Source: Alphaproteobacteria bacterium (lineage in GTDB: Bacteria > Pseudomonadota > Alphaproteobacteria > Acetobacterales > Acetobacteraceae). From it: DNA of 64,000 bases. This document shows positions 19,728 through 28,940 of this stretch, one piece after another. Position numbers and translations under genes: made by a program. Positions within the stretch are counted from its first letter, which is position 1, and every line of letters begins with the position of its first letter. The stretch lies in assembly GCA_026400815.1 (NCBI GenBank), contig JAPLOI010000006.1, forward strand, positions 38,133-102,132. The letters run 5' to 3'. The notes below the pieces were generated by a model that ran no database searches, was not told the origin of the DNA, and was given only the letters and a program-made list of their open reading frames with translations.

Positions 19728-20627
19728 TCAGTCATCGAGCCACACCGGGTTGCTCCAGGCCCGGCGGCCGGCTTCGTCCACCACCACCACGCGCAGCCAG
19801 CCGCCTTTGCGGAACTTGTCCAGCGGCAGGCGGGCGGTGCGCTGGCCGGGGCCGGTGCTGAACGCGCCGGCGGAGCCGCGGCCGAGGGCGATGATGGAGG
19901 AGGCGGGCGAGCATTCCACGATCACCTCGGTGGAAGAGACCTGCAGTGCGTGGATCTCGGGGCCTTGGGAGGAATAGAAGCGCCCGGCCTTGAGGGCTTC
20001 GACCAGGGCTTCGGGCTCCAGCGTTTCGGATTTCACCATCACCCAGCCGCCGAACCAGTCGTTGCGCTTGAAGTGGGCGTCATCGGTGGCGCAGCCCCAG
20101 ATGCGGCGGCCGCGGGAGAGCAGGGTGTCCAGCATCACGGTGCCGTCGCCGCGGTCTTCCTCCACGTGGCTGGTGTGGTTGTAGAGCTCCACGGCGTGGG
20201 CGCAGGGGATTGCATCCGCGTCGCCCACCGTCATGCCGTTCCAGGCCGGGTGCGGCAGCGCCACAAAGGCTCCGGCGGCAACGCAGCGCGCGGCCAGTTC
20301 GGGGCCGGTTTCGGCGGCCGTGGTGGGTTCGAAATCCAGCGGCAGGCCCACGGAGAGGATGTGCCACATCTCCCCCAGCTCGGTGCTCGGCGCATGCACC
20401 TCCGCCCCCAGGATGGTGGTGAAGCGGTTGGTGCGGAAATCCCGCGTGTCCGCGATCGGGAAGCCGTATTTCGGCAGGAAGTGGTCGGTCAGCGAGATGA
20501 AGTCGTAGCCGCCGTCGCGATACAGCGCGCACACGTCTTCCGGCGAGCGGATCGCGTCGGACAGGGTGGAGTGGGTGTGCAGGTTGCCCCGGAAGAAGCG
20601 GCCGGGGCCGGAGAGCGGTTCCTGCAT
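19728..20627 (-). CDS. PHP-domain metallohydrolase (CehA/McbA-like)
   Basis: FFRGNLHTHSTLSDAIRSPEDVCALYRDGGYDFISLTDH shows the PHP HxH motif. The protein is 299 aa. Confidence 0.75.
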   Translation of the reverse strand: MQEPLSGPGRFFRGNLHTHSTLSDAIRSPEDVCALYRDGGYDFISLTDHFLPKYGFPIADTRDFRTNRFTTILGAEVHAPSTELGEMWHILSVGLPLDFEPTTAAETGPELAARCVAAGAFVALPHPAWNGMTVGDADAIPCAHAVELYNHTSHVEEDRGDGTVMLDTLLSRGRRIWGCATDDAHFKRNDWFGGWVMVKSETLEPEALVEALKAGRFYSSQGPEIHALQVSSTEVIVECSPASSIIALGRGSAGAFSTGPGQRTARLPLDKFRKGGWLRVVVVDEAGRRAWSNPVWLDD

Positions 20628-20698
20628 GGGTACGGTCCTTGCGCTGGCAATCCCGGCAGCGTGGCATAAGCTGGCCTGGTTCGACAGGGAGGAAAGCG

Positions 20699-21451
20699 AT
20701 GGAACTCAGGGGCATGGTGGCGCTGGTCACCGGCGGCAATGGCGGGCTTGGGCAGCGCATCTGCCACGCGCTGGCCAAGGAAGGGGCCCATATCGCCGTG
20801 ATGTACGCGCAAAGCCGCGAGCAGGGCGAGGCGGTGGCGCGCGAACTGGCCGCAACCTACCAGGTGAACGCCGCGGCCTTTGGCTGCGACATCACGGACC
20901 AGGCCCAGGTGGAGGGGCTGGTGGCCGCGGTGCAGAAGCATTTCGGCCGCATCGATATCCTGGTGAACGACGCCGCCTTCAACAAATCCGTGCCGTTCCC
21001 GGACCTCGACTCCATGTCGATGGAGCTGTGGGACAAGATCATGGCGGTGAACCTCACCGGCCCGATGCGGCTCACCAAGGTGGTGGCGCCGATCATGAAG
21101 GCGCAGGGGGCCGGGCGGATGGTGAACATCTCGTCGGTCGCCGGCCTCACCCCCAGCGGCTCCTCGATCGCCTATGCCATCTCCAAGGCCGGGCTGATCC
21201 ACCTCACCCGCTGCATGGCCGTAGCGCTGGCGCCAGAGGTGCTGGTGAACTGCGTGGCGCCGGGCCTGCTGGAAGGCACCCGCGCCACCGCCAATCTGCG
21301 GCCGGAACAGGTGACCAACTCGGCCTCCTCCTCGCTGCTCAAGAAGGCCGCGGACAAGGACGACTGCGCAGACATGGTGGTCACGATGTGCCGCACGGAA
21401 ACCATGACCGGGCAGACCATCGTGATCGACGCCGGGCGCGTCTTTCACTGA
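20699..21451 (+). CDS. SDR family oxidoreductase
   Basis: TGGNGGLG (cofactor-binding motif), NDAA, and the S...YAISK catalytic motif are present. GGGAGGAAAG lies upstream of the ATG at 20699. Confidence 0.85.
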   Translation: MELRGMVALVTGGNGGLGQRICHALAKEGAHIAVMYAQSREQGEAVARELAATYQVNAAAFGCDITDQAQVEGLVAAVQKHFGRIDILVNDAAFNKSVPFPDLDSMSMELWDKIMAVNLTGPMRLTKVVAPIMKAQGAGRMVNISSVAGLTPSGSSIAYAISKAGLIHLTRCMAVALAPEVLVNCVAPGLLEGTRATANLRPEQVTNSASSSLLKKAADKDDCADMVVTMCRTETMTGQTIVIDAGRVFH

Positions 21452-21503
21452 ACAACGGAACGCCGGCAGCCATGCGGCTGCCGGCGTTCATCGGCAAGAA
21501 CGG

Positions 21504-22013
21504 TCAGGCGACGGCTGCGTCGTCGCGGCGGTCGCGCACCTTCACGTAGGCCAGTGCGGCATGTTCCTGGCAGTAGGGCTTGCCGGTCGACGCCTCGGAA
21601 TCGCAGAACCGGAAGCTTTTGGTCCCCGGCTCGCCGATCGGCCAGCAGCAGGTCTGCGGCCGGATCGCACGGAAGGTGGTGCTGGCCGGGCGCGACGCCA
21701 CCACGCGCGGCACGGAGGCCGGCGGGGCAGGGGGCTGCGAAATCGGGGCCGCGACCACCTGCGGTGCCGGGGCGCTGGCAGCGGCCAGCGGCGGCAGCGT
21801 CGGCCCGGTCACGCGGCGCGGCGTGGCCGGGCGCGGGGCCGCACCCGTGGCATCGCGCCGGATCGGCGAGGGCCGTGCCGGCAGGTTCAGCCGGTGCGCC
21901 TTGCCCACCACGGCGTTCTTGGAAATGGCCATACGCCGGCCAATCTCCGCGGTGGAGAGGCCCTCAGCCCAGAGCGCGCGCAACCGCGCGATCGTCTCCT
22001 CATTCCACTCCAT
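21504..22013 (-). CDS. gcrA: Cell-cycle transcriptional regulator GcrA
   Basis: The N-terminus is MEWNEETIARLRALWAEGLSTAEIGRRMAISKNAVVGKAHRLNL, and the C-terminus is CCWPIGEPGTKSFRFCDSEASTGKPYCQEHAALAY. Confidence 0.9.
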   Translation of the reverse strand: MEWNEETIARLRALWAEGLSTAEIGRRMAISKNAVVGKAHRLNLPARPSPIRRDATGAAPRPATPRRVTGPTLPPLAAASAPAPQVVAAPISQPPAPPASVPRVVASRPASTTFRAIRPQTCCWPIGEPGTKSFRFCDSEASTGKPYCQEHAALAYVKVRDRRDDAAVA

Positions 22014-22078
22014 ATCGTGGCTCCTTGCCGCTACCGACACAACATACGGTAGCCCGATCGGCTCCCGGGTCAACGTTG

Positions 22079-22144
22079 GAATCGGGGTTCAAGCGCAGAA
22101 TCCTGTGGACAACCTTGCACCCGACCCCAACATCTTGTGGAGAA
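22079..22144 (-). promoter_or_regulatory. Candidate gcrA control region with two DnaA-box-like 9-mers and GANTC sites
   Basis: TGTGGACAA (22104-22112) matches TGTGGATAA at 8 of 9 positions, and TGTGGAGAA (22136-22144) at 7 of 9. GAATC occurs at 22079 and 22098, and GATTC at 22201. Confidence 0.3.
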
Positions 22145-22209
22145 AGGGCATTCTGCCGTCAGACCCGGTCCGCTTCCGATCTTATCGCCTGCCCCCTTCC
22201 GATTCGCAG

Positions 22210-23163
22210 CTAGAAAAGCAGCCCCTTCTTCAGCAGCCCGTGCACGCCCTTCTCCCCGTTCACCGTCTGGGTCACATGGAAATCCACCGCCAGGGAGCAG
22301 AACTGGTAGGCCTGCTCGCGTGACAGATTGGAGCGGCTACAGATGAAGGCGATCATCTCCCGCAGTGCCGTCTTCATCGCCTGGTCCAAATCCTCGTTCA
22401 TCCCCATGCTGATGAAATGCGTCGCCGTCTCCGCGCGGGGATAGCGCAGCATCGGCTCAGCGCCGGCCGCCTTGTGCAGCACCAGGGTGAACGTGCCGGT
22501 CAGGCAGATCTCCAGCGCGTTGATGCACACCTCGCCATCGCCCTGCACGCCATGCCCATCCCCGGCCGAGAACAGCGCCCCCGGCGCCAGCACCGGCAGG
22601 AACAGCGTGCTGCCCTGGGTCAGCTCCTTGTTGTCCAGATTGCCGCCATGCTGCCGGGGCTGGATGGTGGAAATCGTGCCGTAGCCCGGCGGCGGTGCCA
22701 CCCCCATCACGCCAAAGAACGGCGCCAGCTTCAGCTCCACCCCATAGGGCAGGCGGCATGTCATCGCCGCCCGGTCCACCGGGATATGCGTCAGGAATCG
22801 CTCGTGAAAATCCTCCGGCAGCGTGCCGGCCAAGGGCCGAAACCCGCAGAACCCCCAGTCATTCCCCAACTCGATCCGGTCGATCCGAACCTCCAGCATG
22901 TCGCCCGGCATCGCACCCGCCACCGCCACCGGCCCGGTGATGATGTGCCCGCCCGCGCGCGGAATGTCCGACGCATGAATGGCCGCCAACGCCGGCGGCA
23001 CCCGAAACCCACTCCCCGGCGGCGGCATCACGTCCGGCCCGCCCGACACGCACTCCAACACCACCGTGTCCCCGGATTGAACCGTCACCACCGGCGGAAT
23101 CGACGCGTCAAATACCCCCCACCGCACCGTCTTGGGCGTCGCTGCCACCTGGTGAACCGCCAT
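22210..23163 (-). CDS. Acetamidase/formamidase family protein
   Basis: GGNLDNKELTQGSTLFLPVLAPGALFSAGDGHGVQGDGEVCINALE is the FmdA/AmdA signature. I chose the ATG at 23163; the longer ORF extends to 23223. Confidence 0.85.
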   Translation of the reverse strand: MAVHQVAATPKTVRWGVFDASIPPVVTVQSGDTVVLECVSGGPDVMPPPGSGFRVPPALAAIHASDIPRAGGHIITGPVAVAGAMPGDMLEVRIDRIELGNDWGFCGFRPLAGTLPEDFHERFLTHIPVDRAAMTCRLPYGVELKLAPFFGVMGVAPPPGYGTISTIQPRQHGGNLDNKELTQGSTLFLPVLAPGALFSAGDGHGVQGDGEVCINALEICLTGTFTLVLHKAAGAEPMLRYPRAETATHFISMGMNEDLDQAMKTALREMIAFICSRSNLSREQAYQFCSLAVDFHVTQTVNGEKGVHGLLKKGLLF

Positions 23164-23232
23164 CCCACACCCCCGAGTCGCTACCCCACCATCGTCACCC
23201 ATCGCGCGGCAGCAGGCCAGCACGGGGTGTGG

Positions 23233-23440
23233 CGGGAGGGAGAGGGAAGGCGAGGGGCTCTGCCCCTCGACCCCGCTGGGGCCTTAGGCCCCAGACCCCT
23301 TTATCTTTTCCGCCTTCGGCGGGAGGGGCCGTCTCGGCGCGCGAAACAGACCGGGTCGGCCCCTCCCGCCGAAGGCGGAACTCATGTGGGTCCAGAGACC
23401 TCAGGTCCCTGGCGGGTCCAGGGCAGAGCCCTGGCCTTCC
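23233..23440. repeat. GC-rich nested-palindrome element (family B), copy 2
   Basis: This copy is colinear with 19513-19725 apart from the central loop. It abuts the mtnC stop codon at 23441. Confidence 0.75.
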
Positions 23441-24133
23441 TCACCCCACCCGCGGCAACCCGAGCAGGCTGGCGGCCTCGACGAAGGTGGCGGCGGTGGG
23501 GTGGCGGTCGGAGGGTGGGGTTGCGGTGCCCGGGCGCACGATGTGGCAGGCGCGCATGCCAGCGGTGGTGGCGGCGTCCAGTTCGGATTCGTTGTCCGAC
23601 AGGAAGGCCACGGCGGAGGGCGGCACGTTCATGCCGATCGCCAGGCGCACGTAGCTGTCCGGGTCGCGCTTGGCGCCGATGCGGGTATCGAAGAACCCGG
23701 CGATCACGGCCGAGAGGTCACCGGCGGTGGAGTGGCCGAAGATCAGCTTCTGCGCCGGGATGGAGCCGGAGGTGTAGGTGAAGATGCGAATGCCCCTGGT
23801 GGCCCAGGCGTGCAGATGCGGCGGCACGTCGGGATAGAGTTCCCCGCGCAGCTCGCCCTCGGCGTAGCCTTGTTCCCAGATCATGCCCTGCAGGCGCTGC
23901 AACGGCGCGAGCTTGAGGTCGCGGTCCGTCCAGTGCTGCAGCGTGGTGAGTTCCGACTGGTCCGGCACCATGCGCCGGATTTCCGCCAGGATGGTGGCAA
24001 CTTCCGGCAGGTCGATGCGGCCGGCCCAATCGGGCAGGGCACGGCGCGCATAGGGCAGGAGCACGCCGTGGATGAACACGGCGGGCGTGGTCGTGCCCTC
24101 GATATCGGTCAGAACGGCCGAAGGGGCGCGCAC
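23441..24133 (-). CDS. mtnC: Enolase-phosphatase E1 / acireductone synthase (HAD family)
   Basis: VLTDIEGTTTP is the HAD motif I, and FLSDNESELDAA is also present. I chose the GTG start at 24133 because the longer ORF would overlap tatA. Confidence 0.75.
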   Translation of the reverse strand: MRAPSAVLTDIEGTTTPAVFIHGVLLPYARRALPDWAGRIDLPEVATILAEIRRMVPDQSELTTLQHWTDRDLKLAPLQRLQGMIWEQGYAEGELRGELYPDVPPHLHAWATRGIRIFTYTSGSIPAQKLIFGHSTAGDLSAVIAGFFDTRIGAKRDPDSYVRLAIGMNVPPSAVAFLSDNESELDAATTAGMRACHIVRPGTATPPSDRHPTAATFVEAASLLGLPRVG

Positions 24134-24170
24134 GGCGTGGGTCCGGGTGCGGGGCGCGCTCCCTGCCGGC

Positions 24171-24419
24171 TTAGCCCTGGCGGGCGGCGGTGGACTGGTT
24201 CGCGTTCGGGGTCCCGGCGTTCGGGCCCGGGATGGTGCCGGCCGGCTGCTTGTCGGTGGCGCTGGCCTCCATGGAGGCGTCGTCCTCGGCCATGTTCTTC
24301 TTGAACGACTTGATGCCCTTGGCAAAGTCGCCCATCAGGCCGCTGATCTTGCCGCTGCCGAACAGCAGCAGCACAACGGCAAGAACAATCAGCCAATGCC
24401 AGATGCTGAAGCTACCCAT
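24171..24419 (-). CDS. tatA: Twin-arginine translocase subunit TatA/E
   Basis: The protein begins [47 protein letters not shown] lies upstream of the ATG at 24419. Confidence 0.85.
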   Translation of the reverse strand: MGSFSIWHWLIVLAVVLLLFGSGKISGLMGDFAKGIKSFKKNMAEDDASMEASATDKQPAGTIPGPNAGTPNANQSTAARQG

Positions 24420-24538
24420 GACATCCTCCAGGCGGGGCGTTCCCCGGTAATAGGGCGCTTCCCTCGTCGCCATCACATGGCCCGCCACATCGCCCGATGC
24501 AAGCGATGATTGGATTCTTTCGCTGGCGCAGCCGATGC

Positions 24539-25135
24539 CTACCCGTCAATGCGCGCGCGCGGCGCCGGGCGGCCGCGTGTATCCAGCGCGTAGCGGGCCG
24601 CGATCGGTGTGGCGCGGGTGAGTTCGGCATAGGTGGCCGGGCGGCGCGGATGAATGAAGCCGTGCGCGGGGTAGGCGTGGGTGCCGAGCGTGTTGCTGGG
24701 CGGGTACCACACCCGCACCTCGCTCCAGTCGTTGCCCGAAGAGACATCTACCACCAGCTGGTCCTCATCCACCTGGCCCGGCACCCAGTTGGCCTGGGTC
24801 ACCAGCACCTGGCGCGGGCTGACCACGCGGGTCACGACGGAGACATGGCCGGAGCGCAGGCGGCTGGAGCGGCGGAACACCAGCACGCTGCCGGTGGCCG
24901 GCTGCTCGTTGCGGGTGTAGCGGCCGGCGGCGGTGTGCCACCAGCTCTCCGCCTCGCCATACAGCGCGATGCCGGAAAGCTCGCGCGCGAAGGGGGCGCA
25001 GTTGATGCCGGGCACCCGCAGGCTGGCGCCGGAGGAGGAGGACGGCGCGCGCGAGGAAGACCCGCAGGCGGCCAGCAGGCTCGCCGCCGCCAGGGTGGGA
25101 AACAGGTGGCCGAACAGCTTCCTTCGGGGCGTCAT
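24539..25135 (-). CDS. CHAP-domain lipoprotein (peptidoglycan amidase/peptidase-like)
   Basis: A lipobox is present (LLAACGSS). The CHAP-like core is [13 protein letters not shown]...[22 protein letters not shown]. Confidence 0.75.
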   Translation of the reverse strand: MTPRRKLFGHLFPTLAAASLLAACGSSSRAPSSSSGASLRVPGINCAPFARELSGIALYGEAESWWHTAAGRYTRNEQPATGSVLVFRRSSRLRSGHVSVVTRVVSPRQVLVTQANWVPGQVDEDQLVVDVSSGNDWSEVRVWYPPSNTLGTHAYPAHGFIHPRRPATYAELTRATPIAARYALDTRGRPAPRARIDG

Positions 25136-25212
25136 GACCCCAGTATAGCAGATCGCAACGACAACGCACGGATTTCGCACGCTTATGCCGTGCGAAGGGC
25201 CACACACAAGGG

Positions 25213-26418
25213 CTAGCGTCCGCCCCCCAGCACTGTCCCCAATACGTAGTCGGTATGCGCACCCAGCGCCGGCCCGGTCCAGCCGATGGTCGCCTCCGGG
25301 GCCGCGCCGTCGAAGCGGATGGTGGGGCCGAAATGCAGCGTGCGGCCGATCAGCGGGTCCTCCACCTCCAGCACCGCCCCGCGGGCGCGGTTGTGCGCGT
25401 CGGCGGCGATGTCGGCGATGTCGAACAGGCGGCAGCACGGCACGTCCGCGTCTTCAAGGCGCTGTTCCGCCTCGCTGGCCGGCAGCGTGCGCGTCCAGGC
25501 CGCGATGGCGGCATCCAGCTCGCCGGCGGCGGCGCAGCGCAGCGCGTTGGTGGCGAAGCGCGGCTCCGCAGCCAGCTCCGGCCGCCCGATCGCGGCCATC
25601 AGCCGGGCGAAGATCAGGTCGGAATTACCCGCCACGCACAGCCACTTGCCGTCGGCACATGGGTAGGTGTTGGTGGGCGCGGCGGTCGGGATCGCGGCCC
25701 CGGCGGGCTGCCGGATGCGGCCATCCATCGCGTATTCCGGCAGCATGCCTTCCATCAGGCTCACGATGGAATCCACCAGGTTCACATCGATGATCCGCCC
25801 CTTCCCCGTCCCGGTCACATCGCGCTCATACACGGCGGAAAGCAGCCCGATCGCGGCATACAGCCCGGCGAGATCATCGCCGATCGAGATCCCGCAGCGC
25901 GGCGGCGGCAAGTCGCTGGCGCCCGAGGGATGGCCGGTGAGGTGGCGGATGCCGCCCATCGCTTCCCCGATTGCCCCGAAGGCCGGCTTGTCGCGATACG
26001 GCCCGCTCTGCCCGTAGCCAGACACGCGCGCGATCACCAGGCGCGGGTTCTCGGCATGCAGCACATCGGGGCCAAGCCCGAGCTTTTCCAACTGCCCGGG
26101 CCGGTAGTTCTCCACCAGCACATCCGCGCGGCGGGCCAGCGCGAGCGCCTTCTCGCGGTCCTTCTTCAAATCCAGCACCACGGAAAGCTTGTTGCGGCCA
26201 TGGATGCTGAACCACACCGGGTGGCCCTTCACGGTCGCGCCCCAGCCGCGCACCGGATCGCCCGCCGGCGGCTCCACCTTGATCACCTCGGCGCCGAGAT
26301 CCGCCAGCACCCGGGTGCAGAAAGGCCCCGCGATATAATGGCCCAGTTCCAGCACCTTGAGGCCCACCAGGGGGCCGGTGCGCGGCGGCGGCCCCATCTT
26401 TTCTGATGAAGCGGTCAT
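25213..26418 (-). CDS. CaiB/BaiF family (type III) CoA-transferase
   Basis: GPLVGLKVLELGHYIAGPFCTRVLADLGAEVIKVEPPAGDPVR matches the family. GGGAGA lies upstream of the ATG at 26418. Confidence 0.85.
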   Translation of the reverse strand: MTASSEKMGPPPRTGPLVGLKVLELGHYIAGPFCTRVLADLGAEVIKVEPPAGDPVRGWGATVKGHPVWFSIHGRNKLSVVLDLKKDREKALALARRADVLVENYRPGQLEKLGLGPDVLHAENPRLVIARVSGYGQSGPYRDKPAFGAIGEAMGGIRHLTGHPSGASDLPPPRCGISIGDDLAGLYAAIGLLSAVYERDVTGTGKGRIIDVNLVDSIVSLMEGMLPEYAMDGRIRQPAGAAIPTAAPTNTYPCADGKWLCVAGNSDLIFARLMAAIGRPELAAEPRFATNALRCAAAGELDAAIAAWTRTLPASEAEQRLEDADVPCCRLFDIADIAADAHNRARGAVLEVEDPLIGRTLHFGPTIRFDGAAPEATIGWTGPALGAHTDYVLGTVLGGGR

Positions 26419-26702
26419 GGGCACGTCTCCCGATGCGGCAATGATCACCGAACGCATCACATGAACACGTTGTCCGGCGATCTTAATCATTCGTTAGTCA
26501 TTTCAGGGGCATAGTAACACCCGTGGCCGCGATGGCCACTCGCATTGTTCTGGACTCCTCCCCTACGCGCTGGCCATGGAGCCGGCGCCACCTTATGGGC
26601 GGCACGACCTGGTCGTGCCGCCCGTTTTTTTTGCCGCGTCCCCCTTGGCCCGCGCCCGCCCACGCCGCACCATCGCGGGATCGGAGCGAAAGGGGTTCCA
26701 CT

Positions 26703-26885
26703 ATGGACAAGCTGTTGATCGAGGCACTGGCCCGCCAGGCAGGGCTGGACCGCGCCCTGGCCGAGTTCCCGGACTGCGTGCTGGCCGCCGCCAAGCAGGC
26801 CATTGGTCGCAGCAGCGAGATCAACACCCCCACCAGCCCCGCCGTGGAACCCTGGCCGCCGATGAAGGTGGGAGCGGGCGCATGA
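26703..26885 (+). CDS. 60-aa protein translationally coupled to the amidase (possible GatC/AtzG-like partner)
   Basis: The ATG is at 26703, and the stop TGA overlaps the amidase ATG (ATGA at 26882-26885). The sequence IEALARQAGL...SSEINTPTSPAVEPWPP loosely resembles the GatC C-terminal region. Confidence 0.5.
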   Translation: MDKLLIEALARQAGLDRALAEFPDCVLAAAKQAIGRSSEINTPTSPAVEPWPPMKVGAGA

Positions 26886-28279
26886 GCGACGATCTCGCCT
26901 GGCTCACCGCCACGCAGGCCAGCCGCGCCTTCGCCGCCCGCAAGCTCTCCCCCACCGAGCTCGTCCGCGCCCTGCTCGCCCGCATCGAGCGGCTGGACCC
27001 CAAGCTGAACGCCTTCATCCGCCTGGATGCCGAAACGGCCCTGGCCGCCGCCGCCACCGCCGAGGCGGAAATCGCCGCCGGGCGCCATCGCGGCCCGCTG
27101 CACGGCGTGCCCGTGGGCATCAAGGACATCATCGACGTGGTGGGCCTGCCTACCACCTGCCATTCCAAGGTGATGCCCAACACCCCCGCCACCGCCGATG
27201 CCGTGGTGGTCGGCAAGCTGCGCCAGGCCGGCGCGGTGATCATGGGCAAGCTTTCCACCCATGAATTCGCCATCGGCGGGCCGAGCTTCGACCTGCCCTG
27301 GCCCCCCGCCCGCAATCCCTGGAACCGCGACCACCACCCCGGCGGCTCCTCCTCCGGCTCCGGCGTCGGCCTCGGCGCCGGGTTCTTCCCGCTGGCGCTG
27401 GGCACGGATACCGGCGGTTCCGTGCGCAACCCGGCCAGCGCCTGCGGCATCGTTGGCCTCAAGCCCACCTACGGCCTCGTCTCCCGCCGCGGCGTCTTCC
27501 CGCTCGCCTTCTCGCTCGACCATGTCGGGCCCATGACCCGCGACGTGGCCGACAACGCCCTGCTGCTGGATGCCATCGCCGGCCACGACCCGCACGACCC
27601 CGGCAGCGCCGCCTCGTCCAGCCGGGATTTCGCCCGCGGCCTGGAACGCGGCGTGCGCGGCCTCCGCATCGGCTATGTCCGCCACTTCCACGAGCAGGAC
27701 ATGCCCGCCCACCCCGAAGTCGCCGCCGGCCTCGATGCGGTCGCCCGCACCCTGGCCGGGGAGGGTGCCATCCTCAGCGACATCACTCTGCCGAGCCTCG
27801 GCGAGTTTGCCGCCGTCAACCGCGTGATCCTGAACGCCGAGGCCTGGACCATCCACGCCCCCTGGCTGCGCGAACGCCCCGGCGACTACGGCCAGCTCGC
27901 CCGCCGCCGGCTGATGCCCGGCGCCTTCCTCACCGCCGGCGACCTGCTCGCCGCCCAACGCCGCCGCGCCGAGATGATCGCGGCAGTGGACGCGGCGCTG
28001 GAGGAGGTGGACGTGCTGCTCTGCGCCAGCTCCATGGACCCGGCCAGCCGCATCGAGGACGCCGACGAAACCGCTCGCACCTATCCCCGCCAGGCCCGCG
28101 CCCCGTTCAACACCACCGGCCACCCGGCGCTGGCCATGATGGCCGGCCTCTCCCGCGACGGGTTGCCGCTCTCGGTGCAGTTCGTCGCCCGCCACTTCGC
28201 CGACGCCACGCTGTTCCAGGTGGCCCGCGCCTGGGAGCGTGCCTCGGGCGTGGACCGCCTGCATCCAGACCTGTCCTGA
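26882..28279 (+). CDS. Amidase-signature family amidohydrolase (GatA/AtzE-like)
   Basis: The amidase signature is GGSSSGSGVGLGAGFFPLALGTDTGGSVRNPASACGIVGLKPTYG, and PVGIKD contains the catalytic Lys context. Confidence 0.9.
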   Translation: MSDDLAWLTATQASRAFAARKLSPTELVRALLARIERLDPKLNAFIRLDAETALAAAATAEAEIAAGRHRGPLHGVPVGIKDIIDVVGLPTTCHSKVMPNTPATADAVVVGKLRQAGAVIMGKLSTHEFAIGGPSFDLPWPPARNPWNRDHHPGGSSSGSGVGLGAGFFPLALGTDTGGSVRNPASACGIVGLKPTYGLVSRRGVFPLAFSLDHVGPMTRDVADNALLLDAIAGHDPHDPGSAASSSRDFARGLERGVRGLRIGYVRHFHEQDMPAHPEVAAGLDAVARTLAGEGAILSDITLPSLGEFAAVNRVILNAEAWTIHAPWLRERPGDYGQLARRRLMPGAFLTAGDLLAAQRRRAEMIAAVDAALEEVDVLLCASSMDPASRIEDADETARTYPRQARAPFNTTGHPALAMMAGLSRDGLPLSVQFVARHFADATLFQVARAWERASGVDRLHPDLS

Positions 28280-28570
28280 CCGGCCCGACATAGGTTGCAT
28301 CAGCCAACATCACGAATTCGAGAGGATGGATCGTTCCGCGCCCCGCCGCGTTAAGCTGGTGCATGGCCCCCGGCATGCGCTGCGGCAGGAAGCCCCTGCC
28401 CGGCGCCCGGAGGCAGTGCGACTGCAAGCACGAGGGCGTCCCCCAGCCCGCGCCGACACCGCCGAGCCGACCCGAAGGTGAAGACCCGCAAGGTGTAGAC
28501 CCGACAGTCAGCCCATCGGCCGCCGGTCCGATGTCCGGGACGGACGCCCCACATCAAGGGGCGGAAGCCG

Positions 28571-28777
28571 ATGCCGAAGGGTACTGTGAAGTGGTTCAAC
28601 CCAACCAAGGGGTATGGCTTCGTCGCCCCCGATACGGGGGACAAGGACGTGTTCGTGCACATCAGCGCGGTCCAGAAAGCCGGGCTGCGCACGCTGAACG
28701 AGGGCCAGAAGCTCACTTTCGACGTTGAGCAGCAGCCGAACGGGCGTGCGGCGGCGGTGAACCTCGCGGCTGACTGA
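28571..28777 (+). CDS. cspA: Cold-shock protein (CspA family)
   Basis: GTVKWFNPTKGYGFVAPD and DVFVHISA are the RNP1 and RNP2 motifs. The protein is 68 aa. The upstream untranslated gap is about 290 nt. Confidence 0.95.
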   Translation: MPKGTVKWFNPTKGYGFVAPDTGDKDVFVHISAVQKAGLRTLNEGQKLTFDVEQQPNGRAAAVNLAAD

Positions 28778-28940
28778 TTCCGGGGCAACCGATCCCGGCG
28801 ATGATGCCTTCCGGAGTGACACCACACCGCGGACGGCGCGCGGGCCAGGGCAGACTCCCCTGTCCCGCGCGTGCGTGCTAAGTGTTCCTGCCGAATCGGG
28901 CTTCCGGCCCGGTCGTGCCCCCGGAGGGACGAGCCAGACC

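Noticed and set aside
24171-24419. tatA without adjacent tatB or tatC, considered as a sign of an unusual Tat system.
   Set aside because: Stand-alone TatA/E paralogues are common, and tatBC may lie elsewhere. The window alone cannot show absence.
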